The translations under genes and the position numbers were made by a program. DNA of 14,458 bases from a bacterium (GTDB lineage Bacteria; Zhuqueibacterota; Zhuqueibacteria; Oceanimicrobiales; Oceanimicrobiaceae). The stretch spans positions 1 through 14,458 of the forward strand of contig JBHIAC010000084.1 in the NCBI GenBank assembly GCA_046758365.1. The letters are read 5' to 3'. Under the pieces are notes generated by a model. It was not told the DNA's origin. It did not search any database and was given only the letters and a program-made list of their open reading frames with translations. Numbering within the stretch: position 1 is the stretch's first letter; every line of letters starts with the position of its first letter. Shown piece by piece: positions 9,201-14,458 of this stretch.

Positions 9201-9626
9201 TATGAACGTCATGCCATCAACAAAAACAGCCATTATGGCAATGTGTACCGTTCCTATTTTCAAATTGGGTATAAATGGCGAAATAGACCGCAACTTTTAA
9301 CCTATTATCAATTCTACAATTTAATTTATAATTATCAAGACCAGGCAAATAGAAATTTAATCTCCATTCCAGAAAATGAATCCATTCATTTTTTAGGGGC
9401 AACGCTTAATCATCAGTTGGCGAGTAATTTTTATTATGAATTGGGGACCAGCTTAGGGTTTAATACCAATCAAAATGCAATTCAATATTACGGGACTGTA
9501 GACTTGGAATATACACTAATCAATCGCATTAGACTTAGATCACATTTTACCTATGGGAGTCAAAACCGTTTATCGGGTAATGAAGATAATAAATCTCTGT
9601 CGTTTGATTTATATTATTTTTATTAA
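6288..9626 (+). CDS. pelB: PelB-like TPR scaffold plus C-terminal outer-membrane beta-barrel polysaccharide export protein
   Basis: 1112 aa. N-terminal hydrophobic segment ending LIFP, then about 800 aa of TPR-type repeats (A...Y..LL...P.N pattern), then about 290 aa of amphipathic, aromatic-rich strands ending SLSFDLYYFY (terminal aromatic beta-signal). RBS AAGGA at 6276-6280. Lies between pelA-like and pelD-like genes. Confidence 0.75.
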   Translation: MGIKIWWPLLFVGTIIIACILIFPSDLRLADFLGKAGKFEEAIQTYQKILEKHPDRDDIRVTLGRLYILNNEAENAILELEKVSEDLIFDIALLDQLYGIYSQLGNKDKTITILEKITKLSPNDLQYRTKLAEAYEWNNDTQNAIELYEELLTEKPDDINFLNKLIHLNRAKKNYDKTITYLTKLLDLRPNNLESRILLGNVYIAANEKDLAAVEFEKVLRINPDNEPLRVKLAELYLWMQRFDWGIAHYEYLVMHHFLNEQYFNKLIELTKFIDPPKAIEYFKYRLNYLPRDNDLRQRFVDLYLYLGYTDKAIQQIQLLIDNNPDKPKYLLQLARLYRDIREPHLANEIYESIFQKGSKDQEVIAALISNYQFEKQYDKLLTLYKTLLSKDLADHKIQRDYAETLIITQNYEEAIHQYSKLLKVQPENIEFRIQIAKLYALKKDYKKAIKLIKQGFNKYGFEHEEHLVYAAQFFADHNYDQESIACYEKLVILNEDNLHYKRLLAKQYIKTNNFDKATSVYKTIINQYPENLDLQFEFASNYWLINDFDRMHQIVNEISGRYRDQLDIHKKIGKFYFDRGFFNETIEQLQIELESSPKDSTTLRMLGLAYAWNNQPLESKKILRQYHELYQNDFYTHYEMGELLLSEGDKKNALPEFQTSLALLESVPESKESTIVKAKIYAHQNAREEAIKEFEILISRYPDDISIYYEFAESLLDLKDYEQANHWLKQVLQKKPNDYRALRLQSRSYFEQGKYQKATKILKQLESLYPDNLGLKLDLADNELATGDWYTSTKTLKKILQKYPKNLPAQKRLLLLRREQNQAFSTDYIFEKQSGNFFKQIYNFVFSKATSSILNFKFLYGEESYSSKDLIFEDETFQNLGVNLSSRYNSKLQTSFGATVQRHRDAWYLTGKGMVQWNFNPSNSFTISSSLNELWNDPLLASFFLGRSHRLESDINLFLLNRIFLWNRFSYERHAINKNSHYGNVYRSYFQIGYKWRNRPQLLTYYQFYNLIYNYQDQANRNLISIPENESIHFLGATLNHQLASNFYYELGTSLGFNTNQNAIQYYGTVDLEYTLINRIRLRSHFTYGSQNRLSGNEDNKSLSFDLYYFY

Positions 9627-9628
9627 TT

Positions 9629-11104
9629 ATGCAAAGAAAATATTATTTTATTCCTGAAACTTTTATTGGCTTGGTAGCGCTCATTCTCATAAATATTTAT
9701 TTTTTTAAAGAATCTACTGCCTTTATTGGTATCCACCCACATCCTTACTGGATCATTATTTTATTAATAGCCTCTCGTTATGGGACGCTGCAAGGACTTT
9801 TTGCTGGAGGTATGGCAGCGATTATTTACATCTACTTTGGCTCAAAATCGGAGTTAATTAATTTTAGCGACTTCACCTTTCCACATGGGGGCTATAATTT
9901 ACCATTCTTTTTTATGTTAGTCGGAGGACTTCTGGGAGAAATTAGAAGTATATTTAAAAGGAGGTTTAATAAATTAGAGGAAAAATATCAAGAAACAACC
10001 AACGATTTACAAGATTTAGGATTACTGCATGCGGCCTTATCAGAATCCAAGCAGGAACTGGAAAAAAGAATTGCCTACCAGTCCAGCACTATGTTAAATC
10101 TTTTTGAACGCTTAAATAAAATGGAATCATTAGATCCCGAAAGTCTCTATTCTAAAATCCCAGAATTATTAGAGGAACTACTGAATGTTAAAAGTTCATC
10201 CATTTATTTGATCAAAAACAATAAACTTCAACTCTATATTAGACGCGGTGAAAAAAATAAAAATGGATTATCAGACACAGTAGAACTCACTTATGGCATG
10301 ATGGGTGAGGTAATTAAAACAAAAAAAATCGTCACTATTAACCAAATTTATAGTGAAGACGATTTTGCTAAATTCCATAAATTAGACCTTATCATGTCTG
10401 CACCTATAAAAAAGAAAGACGATACTATCATAGGTATCATCAATATAGAAAAAATTCCTTTTTTTGATTTTAATGCAAATACAGTTAGAATTTTTGAAAC
10501 AATTTCTTATTGGATTTCTATTGTGGTTGATAAGGCCATCCAATTTCAACAGCTAAAAGATAGAAATATAGCAGACGAAATTACCGGCGCTTATAACTAT
10601 TTATATTTTCAAAAGCGATTATCCTACGAGATCGCACGGGCAAAACGCTTCCAAACGCCTTTATCCCTAATTCTGCTTCAAGTTAGTAAATTTGAAGATA
10701 TGAATGATAAAGAGCAAAAGAACGTGTTAGTGGTGTTAAACTGGCTTTTCACATATTTATTACGAGAAACAGATATAATTTCTAAATATAAGAAAGATGA
10801 TACTTTTGCTATCATTCTGCCGCATCAGAATAATTCCGATGCGGAAATCATCATAAATAGATTAATGAACGAAATTAATAATTACAAATTTAAGCCTTTT
10901 GAGGACAGGGATGAGTTACTATCGCTAAAAATTGGATTGAGTGCACTACAAATTTCAGAAGGCAATTATCAAAGTTTAATTGAAACCGTCGAAGAGCGCT
11001 TAAAATATGGAGGGAAGCGCAAAGAATCAGAATTTTATTCTGACTTACAATATTTATTAAACATGATCAGTAGTACCGATGTGGAGATTACAAATTCAGA
11101 ATAA
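9629..11104 (+). CDS. pelD: PelD-like inner-membrane c-di-GMP receptor (about 4 TM, coiled coil, GAF, degenerate GGDEF)
   Basis: 491 aa. TM region with PHPYWIIILLIASRYG and GGLLGE, a coiled coil, and a GAF-like region (SSSIYL...IMSAPI...IIGIINIEKIPF). The GGDEF fold starts at DEITGAYN, with I-site RETD (R379-D382) followed by YKKDDTF in place of YGGDEF. Starts 2 nt after the pelB stop. Confidence 0.85.
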   Translation: MQRKYYFIPETFIGLVALILINIYFFKESTAFIGIHPHPYWIIILLIASRYGTLQGLFAGGMAAIIYIYFGSKSELINFSDFTFPHGGYNLPFFFMLVGGLLGEIRSIFKRRFNKLEEKYQETTNDLQDLGLLHAALSESKQELEKRIAYQSSTMLNLFERLNKMESLDPESLYSKIPELLEELLNVKSSSIYLIKNNKLQLYIRRGEKNKNGLSDTVELTYGMMGEVIKTKKIVTINQIYSEDDFAKFHKLDLIMSAPIKKKDDTIIGIINIEKIPFFDFNANTVRIFETISYWISIVVDKAIQFQQLKDRNIADEITGAYNYLYFQKRLSYEIARAKRFQTPLSLILLQVSKFEDMNDKEQKNVLVVLNWLFTYLLRETDIISKYKKDDTFAIILPHQNNSDAEIIINRLMNEINNYKFKPFEDRDELLSLKIGLSALQISEGNYQSLIETVEERLKYGGKRKESEFYSDLQYLLNMISSTDVEITNSE

Positions 11105-11124
11105 ATAAAGCAAAATATAATTGC

Positions 11125-11162
11125 GTAGGGGCTTAAGCCTTATGGCTCTTTTATGACGAGCC
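11125..11162. repeat. Two small GC-rich inverted repeats in the pelD-pelE spacer
   Basis: GTAG (11125-11128) is followed by the perfect palindrome GGCTTAAGCC (11130-11139), then GGCTC-N9-GAGCC (11144-11162). Confidence 0.35.
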
Positions 11163-11188
11163 TATGGCACATTAAACAGAATTAAATT

Positions 11189-12232
11189 ATGACGAAGCTG
11201 GGTAAAAACGGAATCACACATACTGCGCTTCTTCTTGTGTTTTCGGGAGAAGTATTGGCAGGCTATTGGTTAATGACTTTATCCAATATCATGAAAATTT
11301 TGGGACTAGGCTTGCATGTTATTTTGGTTATCCTATTTGCTTATCTTTTTAAAAAAATAAAAGTTGGAAATACCCAAGGTAACATAAACTTTGCCCTCGT
11401 GGCTCTCATTCTTGCTTTAGTACTCCCTGTTTATGGTATGTTGGGAATGTCTTTACTTTATCTGAGTATGTTTATGATTAAAGTGAAAGCGGTTGATTAC
11501 TTTGAAGTAGATGATAGTTTTTTACCAGAGAAATACAAATTTTTAATTAAAGATGTTGACAACAATATTTTAGCTATTAAACGCGATGAATTAAATATTG
11601 ACGCATTCAAGGATATTTTTAGATCTTATGACAGACAATTAGAAGAAAATGCAATTAATAAATTGTCAAAATTAGTCAACAAACATTCGGTGGCTATCTT
11701 AAAAGAGGTCATAAAAAATAGTTCTTCCGATACAAAAATATTAGCGGCTTCAGCGTTAATCGAAATGGAAGATAAAATCATTAAGAAAATTGAAGAATTT
11801 AGAAATTTTCTCCAAGATCAACCAGAAAATACTTCTGCCATTTTAGAATTAGCAAGAACGTATGATTTGTATTGCTACTTAGGAGTTTTAGATTCAGTCA
11901 TCCAGAAATACTACCAGAAATTAGCTTTAGAACAATATCGTAAATTTTTAGAGTACCAACCAAATCATCTAAAGGCTAATTTGGAATATGGAAGGATTCT
12001 GTTAAATGCAGGATATGTTGAAGAAGCAATCCGTACTCTAAAATACGCAATCGGACTTACGCCTCAAAATCCAAATCCACATATTTGGTTAGCTGAAGCT
12101 TATTATGAATTAGCGGATTATAAATCATTGACAAACGTTTGTCACAAATTAACTGAATTTGAAAAGTTACCAGAAAACATTAAAGAAATTGTCCATTGGT
12201 GGGTTAATGTAGAACAATTTCCGCAGAATTAA
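11189..12232 (+). CDS. pelE: PelE-like membrane protein (N-terminal TM helices, HEAT-like segment, TPRs)
   Basis: 347 aa. Hydrophobic N-terminus with GLHVIL and LPVYGMLG, a HEAT-like segment (AINKLSKL...VAILKEVIKNSSSDTKILAASALIEME) and C-terminal TPRs (ELARTY, EYGRILL, WLAEAYY). Directly downstream of pelD, as in pel operons. Confidence 0.75.
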   Translation: MTKLGKNGITHTALLLVFSGEVLAGYWLMTLSNIMKILGLGLHVILVILFAYLFKKIKVGNTQGNINFALVALILALVLPVYGMLGMSLLYLSMFMIKVKAVDYFEVDDSFLPEKYKFLIKDVDNNILAIKRDELNIDAFKDIFRSYDRQLEENAINKLSKLVNKHSVAILKEVIKNSSSDTKILAASALIEMEDKIIKKIEEFRNFLQDQPENTSAILELARTYDLYCYLGVLDSVIQKYYQKLALEQYRKFLEYQPNHLKANLEYGRILLNAGYVEEAIRTLKYAIGLTPQNPNPHIWLAEAYYELADYKSLTNVCHKLTEFEKLPENIKEIVHWWVNVEQFPQN

Positions 12233-12326
12233 ATTTTCTTAGGCTAACCTATTCTCATCTGTTGCATTCAATCTTCTCCTAAACAGAGCCTATCTACATT
12301 TTAAACTCCAAAAGAGTGACAAGTTT

Positions 12327-12353
12327 TCAAGTTTGAATTACATATTCCGATAA
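12327..12353 (+). promoter_or_regulatory. Putative sigma-28 promoter of the pilB/gspE-pilC/gspF genes
   Basis: TCAAGTTT (12327-12334), 11-nt spacer, TCCGATAA (12346-12353), versus the extended consensus TAAAGTTT-N11-GCCGATAA: 14/16 matches with exact spacing. Confidence 0.6.
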
Positions 12354-12422
12354 TAGACTATGGTAGATTTTCATAACCGAATCTTTGCCTTTAGCAAATC
12401 TTTAAATTAAAGAAACTTAACA

Positions 12423-14009
12423 GTGCAAAACGAAGAGAATCTGAAAAACATTATAAACACTCTTGTCAAACAAGAAGGAATTCAACAGGTAGATTTATCC
12501 AAAATTGGGTTGATTGACCCAGATATTTTGGATTTAATACCAGATGAAATAGCCATTAAATATAAATTGATTCCTATATCAAGAAATAACGGCTCTATAT
12601 CCGTAACTATGGCTAATCCCTTTGATATTTTGGCTCAAGAAGCGGTACAGGCAACCACAAAATTACAGCCAAACATTTACTTCACTCCTGAAGAGCAGTT
12701 AGAGGAATGGTTAGGTAAATTGTATTTCAATAGTAATCCTTCACTTGATGATATCGCTGACACAATGCAACCCGAGGTAGAAGTTTATGAAGAGGAGCAG
12801 GATGATGAAATGAGCATTGAAGTTTTAAAAGATCAGGCTCAAGATGCCCCTGCGATTCGTTATGTCAATAACATTTTACAGAATGCCATACAAGAAAGAG
12901 CTAGCGATATCCACATTGAACCTCAAGAAAAAGAATTAAAGGTTCGCTTGAGAATCGATGGAGCTTTACGAGAAATAGCCTCACCACCAAAGAAACTTCA
13001 AGGCGGTATTATTTCAAGAATAAAGATTTTGGGTTCGTTAGATATAGCCGAACGGAGAGTTCCCCAGGATGGACGAAGTAAACTTAAGATATTTGGCAGG
13101 AATGTGGATATACGAATTTCGACTTTACCGACCATTTATGGTGAGAAAGTGGTCCTGCGTGTTTTAGATAAAGAGAGTCATTCGCTAAATATTAGCGATC
13201 TTGGTCTTGAACCAAACTTGCAAGAAAAATTCAAACAAACCCTGAGTGAACCCCATGGAATGATCTTGGTTACCGGACCTACTGGAAGTGGTAAAACTAC
13301 TACATTATACTCAGCTCTAAATTATGTTAATACTCCAGAAAAGAACATCATTACGATTGAGGATCCGGTTGAATATCGACTCAGAGGGATTAATCAAATT
13401 CAGGCTAAACCCGAAGTCGGTTTGACTTTCGCGGCTGGGCTGCGGGCTATCCTGCGTCAGGACCCGGATATTATCATGGTGGGAGAAATTCGCGATTTGG
13501 AGACCGCTGAGATTGCCATTCGCGCTGCTCTCACGGGACACTTAGTTTTAAGTACGCTGCATACTAATGACAGTATTGCCACAATAATGAGATTGATTGA
13601 TATGGGAATTGATAAATATCTCCTTAGTTCTTCTATCCTCCTCATTATGGCTCAAAGATTAGTTAGACGAATTTGTTTTCATTGTTCAGATACCTATCAA
13701 TTAGACCAATCTATGATAAATCGATTAAAAAACAGGAATTATAATCTAGAAAATCTTACGCTATATCGAGGACGTGGATGTGCTAATTGTGGAGACACTG
13801 GTTATTGGGGTAGAGTGGCGATATTTGAATTTTTTTACCTCAATAATACCATAAGAAATCTCATCATGAAGGGAGCGGGCATGGAAGAAATTCGGTCAAA
13901 GGCTCAAGAATTTGACATGGAAATGCTTCTGACAAACGGTTTAAAAAAGGCTGGCGAGGGAATTACAACCATTGAGGAGATACTCAAAGTTGCTTCGGAA
14001 AACTTTTAG
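12423..14009 (+). CDS. Type IV pilus / type II secretion assembly ATPase (PilB/GspE/PulE family)
   Basis: 528 aa, GTG start. Motifs ASDIHIEP, DIAERRVPQDG, Walker A GPTGSGKTTTLY, Asp box TIEDPVEY, Walker B LRQDPDIIMVGEIRD, His box TGHLVLSTLHTN and zinc cysteines CFHC...CANC. PilB versus GspE cannot be decided by eye. Confidence 0.93.
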   Translation: MQNEENLKNIINTLVKQEGIQQVDLSKIGLIDPDILDLIPDEIAIKYKLIPISRNNGSISVTMANPFDILAQEAVQATTKLQPNIYFTPEEQLEEWLGKLYFNSNPSLDDIADTMQPEVEVYEEEQDDEMSIEVLKDQAQDAPAIRYVNNILQNAIQERASDIHIEPQEKELKVRLRIDGALREIASPPKKLQGGIISRIKILGSLDIAERRVPQDGRSKLKIFGRNVDIRISTLPTIYGEKVVLRVLDKESHSLNISDLGLEPNLQEKFKQTLSEPHGMILVTGPTGSGKTTTLYSALNYVNTPEKNIITIEDPVEYRLRGINQIQAKPEVGLTFAAGLRAILRQDPDIIMVGEIRDLETAEIAIRAALTGHLVLSTLHTNDSIATIMRLIDMGIDKYLLSSSILLIMAQRLVRRICFHCSDTYQLDQSMINRLKNRNYNLENLTLYRGRGCANCGDTGYWGRVAIFEFFYLNNTIRNLIMKGAGMEEIRSKAQEFDMEMLLTNGLKKAGEGITTIEEILKVASENF

Positions 14010-14037
14010 AGGGATACAATAAACTGAAGATTTGAAA

Positions 14038-14458
14038 ATGACTGATTCGAGCTCAACGGTAGCTTTTAAGAAAAAGCCAAATATCAAAAGACAAATTACA
14101 ATATCTTTATCGCCTCAAATTCAGAATAAACACAGAAAGCATATAAAAAAGCAGAAAAAAAAGCTTTCATTATTTAATCAAGAAAAAAAGGCCCGTTTTA
14201 AAAAAAAAATAAAGTTAGAAGAAATTTATGTATTTGCAAACCAATTTTCCACCCTTTTAGATGCAGGTGTCCCTTTAATTGCCAGTTTATCCATTTTGGC
14301 GCAGCAAACTGAAAATAAAGATTTTAAAATTATAATTGATGAAATTATTCGAAATGTCAATGGAGGCTCTACCTTAACTCAGGCCATTTCAAAATATCCA
14401 AATATATTTTCAAATCTCTTTGTTGCTATGGTTCGGGCAGCCGAAAAAGGCGGTAATA
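14038..14458 (+). CDS. PilC/GspF-family inner-membrane platform protein, 5' part (runs off the window; absent from the ORF track)
   Basis: Manual translation from ATG 14038 stays open to the window end: MTDSSSTVAFKKKPNIKRQ...KKKIKLEEIYVFANQFSTLLDAGVPLIASLSILAQQTENKDFKIIIDEIIRNVNGGSTLTQAISKYPNIFSNLFVAMVRAAEKGGN. The F..Q..TLL.AGVPL...L and M...GE..G-like motifs define T2SSF domain 1. Confidence 0.9.
   Translation, partial: MTDSSSTVAFKKKPNIKRQITISLSPQIQNKHRKHIKKQKKKLSLFNQEKKARFKKKIKLEEIYVFANQFSTLLDAGVPLIASLSILAQQTENKDFKIIIDEIIRNVNGGSTLTQAISKYPNIFSNLFVAMVRAAEKGGN
14200..14209 (+). repeat. Poly(A)10 homopolymer in the 5' coding region of the pilC/gspF-like gene
   Basis: TTTT followed by 10 A. 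Nearby runs are A8 (14155-14162) and A7 (14183-14189). Confidence 0.6.

Noticed and set aside
11164..11180. TGGCAC upstream of pelE as a sigma-54 promoter
   Set aside because: No -12 element (AG at the GC position), and too close to the start codon.
12233..12326. Intrinsic terminator after pelE
   Set aside because: Only weak or long-range pairings (ACTC/GAGT, TAGGCT/AGCCTA), with no compact GC stem followed by a U-tract.
3536..13645. Short antisense or alternate-frame ORFs inside the pel-like and ATPase genes (for example 5416-5838, 8035-8313, 13317-13541)
   Set aside because: Fully nested in long, motif-bearing CDSs with no independent evidence of coding.
1..14458. CRISPR arrays, tRNA/rRNA genes, transposases or integrases
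   Set aside because: I saw no regularly spaced repeats, RNA gene signatures or mobile-element ORFs. The repetition in pelB and pelE is protein-level TPR periodicity.

Overview
The window has three blocks from a diderm bacterium. (1) A complete clpB disaggregase gene on the minus strand, preceded by a 5'UTR hairpin, a sigma-54-type -24/-12 element and candidate enhancer sites. (2) A divergent, AT-rich, rearranged Pel-type (alpha-1,4-GalNAc/GalN) exopolysaccharide operon. PelA is split into a stand-alone deacetylase gene followed by a stand-alone glycoside hydrolase (probable lipoprotein), then come pelB (TPR plus beta-barrel), pelD (GAF plus degenerate GGDEF with RxxD site) and pelE. There is no pelC between pelB and pelD, and no pelF/pelG after pelE. 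(3) Where pelFG would normally lie, there is a PilB/GspE-family ATPase and the 5' part of a PilC/GspF-family gene (missing from the ORF track because it runs off the window). The most striking signal is that both the pel-like operon and the pilus/secretion genes have exactly spaced sigma-28 (FliA/SigD/WhiG)-type promoters, suggesting a co-regulated polysaccharide plus type IV filament module. All calls are from reading motifs by eye; no database searches were run.
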